DNA of 64,000 nt from Squalus acanthias (Eukaryota): NCBI GenBank assembly GCA_030390025.1, contig CM059432.1, positions 50,222,001 through 50,286,000 of the forward strand, given 5' to 3'. Of the stretch, positions 13,777 through 25,989 are shown piece by piece. The notes under the pieces are model-generated. The model did not search any database, was not told the origin of the DNA, and worked only from the letters and a program-made list of their open reading frames with translations. The position numbers and the translations under genes are program-made. Within the stretch, counting starts at the first letter, position 1. Every line of letters starts with the position of its first letter.

Positions 13777-14073
13777 AATATGTTGCTCCCAGCTTAGAGC
13801 TTGGCCTGTCAGTACTGCATATCGAGAAACCACAGGTGCAGTCTGCACAATGTTCTGACAATTAATTTAAATGGGCAGAATATGATGGAGAGTGAGCCTT
13901 TGATTTTCCATTGTGTGCTCCTAATGGGCAAAGCTTCCTGCTGGAAGTGGCATTTGAAAAATCAGCCCTGTTGTCTAAGGCAATTTTGAAGTTTACAAAA
14001 AGTAATCAGAGCACTAGAGAATGACTGGCTTTTAAAATCTAAACATTTTATCATCTACTGCTTGGTTTATCTT

Positions 14074-16462
14074 AGCCTAGAAATTCCCCATTGTAGCGCT
14101 GGCCGTTAAGGCCGGTTTTGTTAAAAAAATGGCGGCTGCCTCACTTCCACCCACTTCCAGTGTGGGACATGATGGTCACCATTTTGGTGAGGGCCATAGC
14201 GCTGCCATTGTCAGCGCTGGCCTCTCAAATTTAAATGAATAGATAGTGATGTCAATCGGCGTGCAATGCCTGATTTGACGCCACGACTGCTATTTTGGAC
14301 ATTCTCGCACGCCATAACGCCCTGTCCTAAATACGCACAGAAAAACGTGCATGAGGCAGTCCTGCAGAGACCAGTGACTTCAAACCCAATTCCCCTTTCA
14401 ACATTAGTCCCACACCTTACCTTCCCTCAGTTACCGGCCTTAATGTCAGCGCTTCTTAAAAGGACACACACATCTTTCAGGTAAGCTTGGATTTCAGCTT
14501 TTGGACTTTAACAAAATATTTTATGGAAGTAGTAGCTTGAGGCAATACATTTAAAAAGTTGTTAAAGTGTGCAGGGAGTGCTGCTGGATGCTTGCAAGGT
14601 TTTGGATGGTAAAGGAAGGCCTCTGAGAAGACAGAAAATGCTGCAAATACTCAGCAGGTCAGGCAGCATCTGTGGAAAGAGAAACAGAGTTAGCGTTTCA
14701 GGTCGAGATGCTGCCTGACCTGCTGAGTATTTCCAGCATTTTTTGTTTTTATTACAGATTTCCAGCATCCACAGTATTTTGCATCTGAGAAGACCACTTG
14801 CTCACAGTCCTGAGGGGTACATGGAGATGAAGCAGAGGCAGTCAAGGGAACAAGCTGCTCGCAGATGGTTGAGGAAGATGCAGAAGAGGACGACGCAGAA
14901 GAGGTGGAAGCGGAAGGAAGGATGCAACCCAGACAGCTCCTTTCTGGTCAGGTTATCCGGGATGGAATCATCCGCCTGCGGTACCAGTGACTTCAACCCC
15001 AATTCCCCTTTCAACATTAGTCCCACACCTTACCTTCCCTCTGTTACTGACCATCGCAGCGTCCTCTTGGCCACAATGCTGAAGTAAAAGCCACCACAAA
15101 GCAAACTTTCCAATCCAACTTTATCTATATATGCATCCAATATGACATCAAGAATTCAACTAATCACGCTTGTGTATTCTCTTCGTGACTGTCTTGTGTG
15201 TACCTTTGCCTATACTAGTTCTCTACTCCAGTGGCTGCAGCATGGTTGGTGGAAGGCTGCCGACTTTCAGTGGAGAACACTGCAGATGGCCTTGCAGGAC
15301 GACCTCGAGGAGCTGATGGCTGCGAGTGTGATATTGAGTGATGGCGTTTCTTCTTCTTGTTCCTCACTCTGCTCTCCCTCTTCTTGGTCAACCACTGGCT
15401 GGATTTCTTGGGTGTCTGAAATGAGGAAGGCTTGGGTAGGGTTGTGGTGAAGGGAGGACGAGAACGCAAGAGGTGCATGCTGACACCATGCACAGCTTGT
15501 ACATCAGAAGAGATTGTGGGATGAGGGGGAAGTGAGATGTGAGAAGGAGGATAACGTATGAGGATACCAGCATCTTGTATTCTTTCAGCCCTGCCGCTGA
15601 CCAAGGGCACAGCCATGCCCCTACCAAGAATGGCCAGCACCGTCTCCTCCAAAGGGGTGAGGTGTGCCTTGTGTTTGGTAGAGATTGTTGGTAGGTGAGT
15701 GATGGGGGGTAGGGGTCGTGCATTGAGCAGTGTGTGAGGCTAGTGGTGCAGTTGGTAGGAGATGGCTTTTGAAGATGTATTCACTGACCTTGACCAGTGG
15801 TCTTAGGTCATGAAACATCTTTGGGCACTGGTGCCAGGTCCTGGGGGTGACACTGCTGGCAGTGATGGCCTCAGTGATCTGGTCCCACATCCTTCTTTCT
15901 GGAGGGCCTCCTGGGCCCTTGTGGGTAGAGGACCTCTCTTACAGTGTTAACCCCCTGCACAAAGCTGGAGTGCTGTGCGTGAGACCCTGGGTGCCCCTTC
16001 CCTGGCTTGCAGAGCCATTTGTGTTAGTGCTGAAGCACTTTTACCATTATTTTTATGTACAGAAGGCAGTTCAGCTTTAAGAGCTGAAGACTGCCATTTT
16101 GGAATTATTTTTAATGTTGTTTTTTTCAGAAGGCAGTTGAGCTCGAAGTCCTAAAGACTGCCTATTTTTAAATGTTTTTATTTTTTTCATTTTAGAAGGC
16201 AGTTCCCCTTTAAGGGCTCGAGACTGCTTTCTAAAATGACAGCCTAGCTTTAAGACAATGCTGCCTTGCTCCAGGGATGCTAAGGCCCACTACATTGGGC
16301 CTCCTGCTTAGCGTACCGCCCGAAACAGTGCGTTGCACGGTAGGTTCTGCACTCCGATCATTTAAATCAGCAGGCAGCACCTGTGCTCTTTTTATGGGTG
16401 CGCTCATACCCTCGCTCCGCCGTGGCACCGCCCGTTTTCCCGCATTATCAGATTTCTAGACC
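14074..16462. mobile_element. Non-autonomous Harbinger derivative (subfamily C) with a transposase stump and a decayed Myb gene (-, about 16018-15200)
   Basis: Ends agcctagaaatt / gatttctagacc with TSD CTT. Myb exon 1 has WDQITEAITASSVTPRTWHQCPKMFHDL and donor aag|gtcagt at 15789. Acidic transposase-tail-like stretch at about 14870-14990. Confidence 0.75.
14633..14783. mobile_element. Short fold-back Penelope pLTR-derived insertion
   Basis: 11-bp TSD tctgagaagac (14622-14632, 14784-14794). The sequence matches the pLTR region at about 40617-40730, first in reverse and then in forward orientation. Confidence 0.8.
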
Positions 16463-16685
16463 CTTGTCTTTTTCCCCATTCCATTCTTCCATTCTTTTCT
16501 GTACTTTGGGCCTTGGCCCTTCAATCAGGTATCCTCGATTTAAAAAAGAATAGCTGCTTAGTTCCTTGAGATTGGCCGTTTGATTTGATCATTTGATGTT
16601 GTCTTCTCACATGCTACTGAATACATCATGACAAAATTTTATACTGAAGCTGAAATATCAATGTTACTGATGCTGTTGAGACGAG

Positions 16686-17425
16686 GGGCTGGATTTTGTC
16701 TTGGGGTTGGGTTGGGGTTGTGTCATCCGCATTTCGTGGTTCCCCCCCGACTCCAGATTAATGTGGATGAATGATGCAATTTTCACTTAATTGGGCAATT
16801 GAGTTCCAGCATGTGGGAACCCATGAACTAATTAGTGTTTTCAGTCTGACTGCCTAGACTCAGAGACTGTTGGTGAGAGAGGACCTGCGTGGCTTGCTTT
16901 TGATGTGAGTGGACCTGGATGCAAAAATGGGGGAGGAGGAGGAGAGAGAGAGAGAGAGAGAGAGTTTTTTTTGCATCCAAGTCCTCTCACAGCAAAGGCC
17001 AGGCAGTCTCTGAACACATTCAATGCAGCAGCATCAGAGGCGACTTTCAGACCTAATACTACTACTACCTTCATCACATCTCCGTTGTAATAGTGGACCT
17101 GCAGCTCATAGTCAGCTATCCACTTGTGCTCCCATCAGGTTTCACTGGAGTGTTTCACACCAGGCGTACTTCACGTCAGAAAAGGGTTAAACTAGCTAAA
17201 ACGTTTCAAAATGGCATTACAGAGCCAATTTAGGGCTTGTTAAGGGCTTTAATGGCCTCTCCCGCCTCTTGGAGGCGGGACGGAGTCGGGAACCCCGCGA
17301 CTGATTTTGTCAAAATTGTGTGGAGGTGGGATGGAGTCGGGATGGGGTCGGGACCCCCGACCCCGCAAATTTAACCCCCCACACACCTCCAAACCCGACT
17401 CAATGGGTCATTCAAAATCCAGCCC
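16686..17425. mobile_element. Harbinger-type MITE
   Basis: Perfect 13-bp TIR gggctggattttg / caaaatccagccc. No clear TSD. Internal (GA)n at about 16941-16963. Confidence 0.75.
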
Positions 17426-17489
17426 GGTGACTCCAACCAAGAACTAAAGGTTGGACAATAGAGCTGGTCATTTAATGTCAGGAAATTGG

Positions 17490-17592
17490 ATAAAAGAAAG
17501 ACTTGCATTTATATTGCACCTTTCAGGATATCCCAAAGCACTTTATAGCCAATGAAGTACTTTTGAAGTGTAGTCGCTGTTGTAATGTAGAA
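17490..17592 (-). mobile_element. DeuSINE/L2 3' tail fragment
   Basis: aaagaaagacttgcatttatattgcacc..gaagtacttttgaagtgtagtc matches the tail of 38466-38909. Confidence 0.65.
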
Positions 17593-18067
17593 AACATTAG
17601 AATACCTTGGAAACATCAGCCAAATATAAACCCGAATTGAATCAATTATGTAAAGTGTTAGTCAAAATGCTGCTTTATGGGTAAGTACAACTATTGAAGT
17701 GTACATTGCAGAAAGAGGCCACTTAGCCCATGTCTGCTAGAGCACACCCAAACTAAACCCACTGCTCTGCTCTTTCTCCCCATAGCCCTGTATCTGCCAT
17801 TAAAATTGCCTCGGGATCTTATCTGAGAAATAGAACCCTGATTTGCATATACTTATGAGGCATCTGTCTGATCCAAGCAGACACGTTCAACTGCCTGTTG
17901 TTAAAACTGTCACAGTGGCAGTCTGAGTGGCAGAAAATACCATGTCATTTTATCTCCCGTTCTACATGGTTTCTGTCAAATGGAGGGAGTTAAAATCCCC
18001 CCTTAACACTCTAAGAAACCTCGTCATAATTGTAAAACCTCTATCAAATAACCTCCTCTGAGGCCAA

Positions 18068-18900
18068 GGGCTGGATTTTGATACTGGGGACGTGATGGAG
18101 GCGGGACTCCCACTTTTTGGGTTGTAGTCCCGCCTCCATTGACTTGTGGCCAACCCACTGCATTTTCACTTGATTGACCTTGTTGAGCCCGCCCAGCGAC
18201 CTCAGCAGGCCAATTAAGGGCCACCCGGCAACAGAGGACGTCACAGATTGACATTTCATCTGTCAAGAGCTTTTGACAGATGAAATATCAGCGTTTGACA
18301 GCTCTGTGAAGCTGTCAAACACTGACAATCTGTCTTCTAACTTGAGTCCTTCCTCTCAGGCTGAGTTAGAAATCATTCCGGCACAGAAAACAGAGGCTGC
18401 AGTTTTTGACAGCTCCATGGCCATTCTGCTTTATGTGCCGGTGAGATTTCTGACTCCCGAGACCTGAAGGGCTGACACCTGCAGGAGGAAGCTAAGGTAA
18501 GTAAAACTTTTTCCCACACTTTACACTTACCTTACACACTTACCTCTGCACACATGCACTCATCACTCACCTGCCCACCGGACATATCGACCCCTCCAAC
18601 CCCTGCAGACCCACGGTCCGCCTCGCTAACTTGGCGTGGTTGGGACCTGTCGGGAAGCCCACATTTCACGCATCAAAATAGGGATTAGGCAAAAAACTGC
18701 CTGTTAACAGGCAGTTTATTGCCACTAATCCGCTTCCCGCCTCAGGGAGGCGGGTCCCAGCACAGGTCGGGTACCCGCCTCCAGCGAAACTGGCATGGAG
18801 GCGGGTTGGGGACGGGATGGGTTCGGGACCCCCGAATCTGCAACTTTAACCCCCCACACGCCTCCAAACCCGCCTCCACGTGTCAATGAAAATCTAGCCC
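18068..18900. mobile_element. Harbinger-type MITE
   Basis: TIR gggctggatttt / aaaatctagccc with TSD CAA (18065-18067, 18901-18903). Confidence 0.85.
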
Positions 18901-18912
18901 CAAGTATCTCAA

Positions 18913-19687
18913 GACATAGAAACATAGAAGATAGGAGCAGGGGTAGGCCATTCAGCCCCTCGCGCCTGCTCCGCCATTCGATGAGATCATGGCAGATCAT
19001 CCAAACTCAGTACCCTGTCCCTGCCTTCTCCCCATATCCCTTGATCCCTTTAGCCTTAAGAAATATATCTAACTCCTTCTTGAATATATTTACTGACTTG
19101 GCCTCAACTGCCTTCTGTGGTAGAGAATTCCACAGGTTCACCACTCTCTGGGTGAAGAAATTCCTCCTCATCTCTGTCCTAAATGGCTTACCCCTTATCT
19201 TTAGACTGTGACCTCTTGTTCTGGACTCAGCCACCATCGGGAACATTCTTCCTGCATCCAGTCTGTCTAGCCCTGTTAGAATTTTATAAGTTTCAATGAG
19301 ATCTCCTCTCATTCTTCTAAACTCCAGCGAGCATAAGACCAATCGACCCAATCTCTTCTCGTACGTCATTCCTGCCATCCCAGGTATCAGTCTGGTGAAT
19401 CTTCGCTGCACACCCTCCATGGCAAGAACATCCTTCCTCAGATAAGGCGACCAAAACTGCACACAATACTCAAGGTGTGGTCTCACCAAGGCCCTGTACA
19501 GCTGCAGCAAGACATCCTTGTTCCTGTACTCAAACCCTCTCGCTACGAAGGCCAACATACCATTTGCCTTCTTCACCGCCTGCTGCACCTGCATGCTTAC
19601 CTTCAGTGACTGGTGCACAAGGACATCCAGGTCTCGTTGCACTGCCCCTTCTCCCAATCTATTGCTGTTCAGATAATAATCTGCCTT
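18913..19687 (-). mobile_element. CR1 LINE 3' fragment interrupted by the Gypsy element (resumes at about 24060-24073)
   Basis: [15 protein letters not shown] and RRMRGDLIETYK; tandem (tctatgtt)-type 3' tail at about 18913-18930. Confidence 0.9.
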
Positions 19688-19934
19688 TGTTGAAGCTGCC
19701 GCGAAACACGAATTAAGACTGAATCCATGTGTGGGAAACAAAGGCTTCTTAATACAACTGCATGGTCCAAAATGGCTGAACCGACTGCTCCCAGAATTCT
19801 CTGGAAAAATCCTGAGGCCCCGCCCACTCCTTTTCTCCTGCCTTAAAGGCAAGGTGCCTTAAAGGCAAGGTGCTCGATATATTGTCCACGGACAGAAAAG
19901 TGGATAATGCCCGTTTAGGTGGCGATCCGCCACA
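19688..19934 (-). repeat. 3' LTR
   Basis: Direct repeat of 23809-24055. Confidence 0.95.
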
Positions 19935-19946
19935 CAGCTCCCCCCA
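19935..19946 (-). other. Polypurine tract
   Basis: Minus strand reads ggggggagctg immediately before the 3' LTR TG. Confidence 0.75.
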
Positions 19947-19954
19947 GAATCCGC

Positions 19955-22900
19955 TTAGGAGGTGTGGACGAGACGGTGCGGCGGTCTGATGGGCCGGCCG
20001 GAGCGGCTCTTGTATGACGCCGGTGGTCGTGGAACGGCCAGGCATAGAGTCGCCGGGTGAACCGGCTTGAGGGCAGGTCGGCCGCGTGGCGGTGGATGAG
20101 CTACAGGGACCTGCTCACCGGGCTCCAAGTGTGCTGGCTTGAGTCGGTCAACCGACACTTTTTCGGTCCTGTCGCCCACTTGCAGGGTGAAAGATTTGTC
20201 CCCAGCCTGCAGCACCTTGTAGGGCCCATCGTACGGGGTTTGAAGGGGTCCGCGGTGGGCGTCGTGCCGGACGAAAACGAACCGTGCCTGGTGCAGGCTT
20301 AGTGGGACGTGTGAGGTGGATTCGCTGTGTCGGGCAATGGGCACCGGGGCAAACTGCAGCGCCGGTGAGGCGAAGTCATGGCGTTGCTGGTCAGCTGACC
20401 AGGGTGTCGTGGCGGTGGGCAGGAACTCGCCGGGTACGCGCAGCGGCTGACCGTACACGAGCTCTGCTGCCGATGCGTGGAGGTCTTCTTTAACCGCGGT
20501 GCGCAGGCCGAGGAGGACCCACGGAAGTCGGTCGGTCCAGGTGCCGTCCTGGAGGCTGGCTCGAAGAGATGCCTTCAAGGATCTGTGGAACCGCTCACAC
20601 AGTCCGTTGGCTTGGGGGTGGTACGCTGTGGTGCGGTGAATGGTCACCCCGAGATTGCGTGCGACGGCGGTCCAGAGTTCAGAGGTAAATTGCAGACCTC
20701 TGTCCGACGTCATGTCGGAGGGGACGCCGAACCGTATGACCCAGGTGCTGACGAAGGCTCTGGCGATGTCGGCGGTGGTGGTAGAGGTCAGTGGAATTGC
20801 CTCGGGCCAGCGCGTGGTGTGGTCAACGATCGTCAGCAAGTGCGTGTGGCCTTGCGACAGCGGCAGGGGCCCGACGATGTCCACGTGGATGTGGTCGAAT
20901 CTCCGCGAGGGGACGGTAAACTCCTCGAGGGGTGCTTTCGTGTGTTGCTGTACCTTGGCCCGTTGGCAGGCTAGGCAGGAGTTGGCCCAAGTACGCACAT
21001 CCTTGCGAAGGCCACGCCAGACAAAGCGGTTGGCTACCAATTTGATGGATGCGCGGGCGCCGGGGTGGGAGAGGTTGTGGAGAATGTCGAATACCCGGCG
21101 GCGCCAGGACGCTGGGACGACGGGCTGAGGTTGACATAGGGATATGTCGCACTTGACCGTGACTGCGGTCGGGCCACAGGCGACGTCGGCCAGGCGTAGC
21201 CCTGGTAGGTTGGTAGGTGCAGAGAGCAGATCAGGGTCGGTGATCTGGTCTGCTGCGAGTTGAGCGTAGTCGACTGCCAGCTGTGCGATGTGGATGGCGG
21301 GGCGGGAGAGGCAGTCGACTACCACATTGTCTCGGCCGGAGACGTGTTGGATGTCCGTGGTGAACTCGGACACTGCCGCGAGCTGGCGCTGCTGCCTGGC
21401 GGACCAGGGGTCGGTTGTCTTTGCCATTGCGAATGTCAGGGGCTTGTGGTCGACAAACGCAGTGAAGGGGTGGCCCTCAAGCAAAAACCGAAAATGGCGG
21501 CCCGCCAGGAACAGCGCGAGGAGCTCGCGGTCGACGGTGCTGTACTTGACCTCCAGGGGGCGTAGTTGGCGGCTGAAGAAGGCAAGTGGTTGCCAGGCGC
21601 CGTCGACCCACTGCTCATACACGGCGCCGACCGCGTTGTCGGAGGCGTCCGTGGTGAGCGCTACCCTGGCATTGGGCTGTGGGTGCGCGAGCAGGGTGGC
21701 GTTGGTGAGCGCGGTCTTGGTGGAGTCGAAGGCGGCGGACGTGTCTGCTGTCCATTTGACCACCATCTTGCCGCTCCTGCCCCGGAGGGCTTCATACAGG
21801 GGTCTCATGATGGACGCCGCTTTGGGGATGAAGCGGTTATAGAAATTCACCATCCTGAGGAACTCCTGGAGGCCTTTGATGGTGGTGGGGCGGGGAAATT
21901 GTTGGACGGCCTGCACCTTGGTGGGCAGGGGAATGGCCCCAGCATGGGTGATGTGGTGGCCGAGGAAGTCGATCTTGTCCAGACCGAACTGGCATTTGGC
22001 TGGGCTGAGGATGAGCCCGTGGTCGCTGAGGCGCCCGAACAGGATGCAAAGGTGTTCGAGGTGTTCCTGCTTGGAGGAACTGGCTACCAGGATGTCGTCC
22101 AGGTAGACAAACAGGAACTTCAGGTCCCGAAGGACCAAGTCCATGAGCCGTTGGAAAATCCTGGGCCACGTTTTTGAGGCCGAAGGGCATCCGCAGGAAC
22201 TCGAACAGGCCGAAGGGGGTGATTACGGCCATCTTGGGGACGTCCGCGGGGTGGACGGGAACTTGGTGGTAGCCGCGCACCAGGTCGACCTTGGAAAAGA
22301 CTGAGCGGCCGGCCAGTCTAGCCGAGAAGTCCTGAATGTGCGGCACGGGGTACCGATCAGGGGTGGTGGCGTCGTTGAGGCGGCGGTAATCCCCGCAGGG
22401 GCGCCAACCCCCGCCTGGTTTGGGGGCAATGTGGAATGGGGAGTCCCAGGGACTGTTGGAGCGGCGGATGATGCCGAGCTGTTCCATGGTGGCAAACTCG
22501 GTCCGCGCGATCTCCAGTTTGGCCGGGTCCAGCCTGCGGGCGTGGGCGTATACTGGGGGGCCTGTGGTGGGGATGAAGTGTTCCACCCCGTGTTTGGCGG
22601 CCTCCGCGGAGAAGGTCGGATTGGTAAGGGCCGGGAATTCGGCCAGGAGTGCCGAGTAGTCATCCGTGGCCCAGGCGTGGCACTGTGACGCCATGTCGGC
22701 GGGTTGACGGGGGGCCATGGCGCCCAGGATGGGGGACATGGTGTTCATGTCCACGAGGCGGTGACGAGGGATGTCTACCAGTAGGCCGTGGGCGCACAGG
22801 AAATCTGCGCCGATGAGAGGGGAGAGCACCTTGGCAGTGATGAACTCCCATCGGTAGCGGCGACCAGCGAAGTCGAGGGTGACTGTCCGGGTGCCGTACG

Positions 22901-23768
22901 TCCGGATTTCCGAGCCATTAGCAGCAGCCAGCGCCGGTCCTCGTTCGCCCTTTTGGATGTCGAGGGAGGAGGCCGGGATGATGCTGTGCTGAGCTCCAGT
23001 GTCGCACAGGAACTGGCGGCCGGTTTTGTCATCCGTGACGTACAGCAGGGAGCCCGCATGGCCCACGGCCATCGTGGGGGCTGGTACAGGGGCGGACTTG
23101 AAAGAGCAGGGAGGTGTGCACCGTTGTGCCCTGGCGCCGAACCGTGCGTGGTAGTTACAGTGGCCCGGGTTAGTGGGGCGCAAAGGCCCCGTGGGCCTGG
23201 TGGCTGGTCCTTGTGGCCGCGTGGTGGCCGGTGTGGGGCGCGCACAGGCATTGGCTGCCAGGTCCGGAGTGACGTCGCGGCTGGAGTGAGCGGACAGCAG
23301 CTTGTCGGCCTCATCGGCCAGGGCTTCCAGGTTCGTGAGGCCAGACGCCACGATCGCTGGGCGGATGCTGAGAGGGAGCTGGTGGATGAACAGCGTGCGG
23401 AAGAGGGATCCGGGTGGGCTCTCGTCGGTGAGGGAGAGCATGTGGGAGAGGAGGTCTGACGGTGAGGCATCACCGAGGCCTGGAAGGTCGAGGAGGTTGC
23501 AGTTTCGCTGATATGCCGAGACCGTAAATTTTTTAAGGAGCGCTGCCTTCAGATGTGCATACTTGCCTTCCTCTGGTGGGTTCTGCAGCGCTGTCCAAAC
23601 CTTCGAAACTGTGGCGCTACCGAGTGATGTGACGAGGTAGTCGTACTGCGTCCCATCTGTGGTGATGTTTCGCAGGCGGAAGCGGGATTCAGCTTGGAGA
23701 AACCAGGCTTCGGGCTGCTTTTCCCAAAACTCCGGCAGTTTCACGGAAACTGCGTTCGTGTCCGCCAT
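19955..23768 (-). pseudogene. Gypsy gag-pol polyprotein with one frameshift at about 22160
   Basis: Gag VSVKLPEFW..AWFLQAE; CHCC knuckle CNYHARFGARAQRCTPPC; protease LCDTGA; RT RPCGDYRRLN and YLDD; RNase H TTDASD; integrase HHCC, HVDIVGP, SDRG, NGLCER, then YDGPY. Confidence 0.95.
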
Positions 23769-23793
23769 AGCAGTGCTCGGAATACGTTCTGAG

Positions 23794-23807
23794 CGTCGGG
23801 GTCACCA
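23794..23807 (-). other. Primer binding site for tRNA-Trp
   Basis: TGGTGACCCCGACG one base downstream of the 5' LTR, complementary to the tRNA-Trp 3' end. Confidence 0.9.
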
Positions 23808-23808
23808 A

Positions 23809-24055
23809 TGTTGAGGCTGGCGCGAAACACGAATTAAGACTGAATCCATGTGTGGGAAACAAAGGCTTTTTAATACAACTGCATGGTCCAAAATGGCTGA
23901 ACTGACTGCTCCCAGAATTCTCTGGAAAAATCCTGAGGCCCCGCCCACTCCTTTTCTCCTGCCTTAAAGGCAAGGTGCCTTAAAGGCAAGGTGTTCGATA
24001 TATTGTCCACGGACAGAAAAGTGGATAATGCCCATTTAGGTGGCGATCCGCCACA
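23809..24055 (-). repeat. 5' LTR
   Basis: Direct repeat of 19688-19934. Confidence 0.95.
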
Positions 24056-24663
24056 CCTTTCTGTTTTTGCCACTCCTCATAACTATGGTTTCCCAACACT
24101 GGCATCATCCTGCTGAGCTGTATGCTCTCTATTCAATGACCCAGCTTTCGTATGCAACATTCCCTATTTGTGCTTTGTCACTGTTTAACGAATGTGAAAT
24201 TTGAACCAATCAGGCGAAAGTGTGACACAAAATTTGAGTGTTATTAATGTGATGTATGAAGGCTGACAGAAAAACTGTGTGCAGGATGGAAAATTTAGAT
24301 TTTTAGAGAAGAAATAGTGGTCCCGATTTTAAAAGGGGGGATCGGGTGCGGTGCGCACGAGCCTCGAAATGAGCAGTGCACCCGGGGAGTCTGGGGACAT
24401 GGAGACCCAGCCAGAGCAGATCCCAACTCAAGCCAATTTGCCCTTGTGGGATGCTCTGGAGACCCAAACGAGCCGAAGGAAGAAACCTTTTTGTTTAAGC
24501 TCTTCAACTTCAACTAATCATTCCATCCATAAATGGTAATCAATCTCCTCCACAATTAATCACCTTATTCAAATGACGGTTTGGGGCCTTTAGAAGGCCT
24601 CAAATGAATTCACGCTAGGTCTCAATTGGTGTGAGTTCCACTGAGTCCATTCAAGGGCATAAA

Positions 24664-24859
24664 GGTAGGAATTTCCCAGGGAAACCTGGGAACTCCCTCC
24701 CCACATGCCCCTTGACGTGGGAGTTGATTGGAAGATCTGCTTGTAGCCCTCTTTACTGGGATTTAAAAGTTCGGTCCAAATGGGGTGGGATCCTGACCCA
24801 TATTCCTGTCCTCAGTGTAAATATCGCTAATACCCACTCCAGGTCAAGAATTTCGGGGC
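24664..24859. mobile_element. Small degenerate MITE
   Basis: Ends ggtaggaatttc / gaatttcggggcc resemble the Harbinger TIRs in this window. Confidence 0.35.
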
Positions 24860-25048
24860 CTATATATTTATCAAAACTTTAAAGTAGACCAGATTTCGAA
24901 GGTATTAAAAGTATATTCCAATATGTCAAGACTCAAATACTGGGAGATGGAAGAGACAAACCACCACAAAAAGCAATTATCTCACATTTAAACAGGCAAA
25001 CTTGCAAAAGTTGGTTTTGTTCAATAAAACTGAATTGGAGCACATATC

Positions 25049-25750
25049 AACATAAGAACATAAGAAATAGGAGCAGGAGTAGGCCATTCGGCCCTTCGAG
25101 CCTGCTCCGCCATTCAATGAGATCATGTATGATCTTCTGCCTCAACTCCATTCACCATATCCCTTGATGCCCTTACTAGTCAGAAATCTATCGACTTCTG
25201 TTTTGAATATACCCAATGACTGAGCCTCCACAGCCCTCTGGGGTAGAGAATTCCAAAGATTCACCACCCTCTGTGTGAAGAAATTTCTTCTCATCTCAGT
25301 CCTGAATGGCCTACTCTTTATCCTGAGGCTGTGGCCCCTGGTTCTAGACTCCCCAGCCAAGGGAAACATTTTCTCGGCATCCACCCTATCAAGCCCTGTA
25401 ATAATTATGTATGCTTCAATGAGATCCCCTCTCATTCTTCTGAATTCAAGAGAATACAGGCCTAGTTTACTCAATCTCTTCTCATACGACAGTCCCGCCA
25501 TCCCAGGAATCAATCTCGTGAACCTTCGTTGCACACTCCCTCTATGGCAAGTATATCCTTCCTTAGATAAGGAGACCAAAATTTTACACAGTACTCCAGG
25601 TGTGGTCTCACCAAGGCCCTCTATAATTGGAGTAAGACTTCTTTACTCCTGTACTCAAATCCTCTTGTAATGAAGGCCAGCATACCATTTGCCTTCCTAA
25701 TGGCTTGCTGCACCTGCACATTTACTTTCAGTGACTCATGTACAAGGACA
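25049..25750 (-). mobile_element. CR1 LINE 3' fragment
   Basis: [35 protein letters not shown]; (ttcttatg)n tail. Confidence 0.9.
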
Positions 25751-25989
25751 TGAAGGCACGTGAACCAGAAACAAAAATTAATGAGCAACTTACTTTGTGA
25801 GTCTCTTATCATTACAGTAACTATCAGAGCCGGAGCAGATCACACACTTGAATGTGATCAAGCCATTCAATCGTTTTAAAAATTCTAAACCCAAATCCAC
25901 AAAACAATTCTAAAATGTTCTGCTCTATCTGTTGTGATCATTTAGAAGAGTTAAAGCTCTTTAAAAAAAAATCGACAATATCCAATCAC

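Larger units (their letters stand above)
19688..24055 (-). mobile_element. Ty3/Gypsy LTR retrotransposon, CsRn1-clade-like, near intact
   Basis: Two 247-bp TG..CA LTRs with 6 mismatches, 4-bp TSD CCTT (19684-19687, 24056-24059), tRNA-Trp PBS, PPT and a gag-PR-RT-RH-IN coding region. Confidence 0.97.

Noticed and set aside
22140..22180. Programmed ribosomal frameshift between the two Gypsy ORFs
   Set aside because: The shift falls inside a conserved RT motif (KNxAQxFQRLMD). One extra base explains it, so it is a mutation or a sequencing error.
20057..23511. Many + strand ORFs over the Gypsy element
   Set aside because: They are antisense shadows of a GC-rich coding region and show no recognisable motifs.
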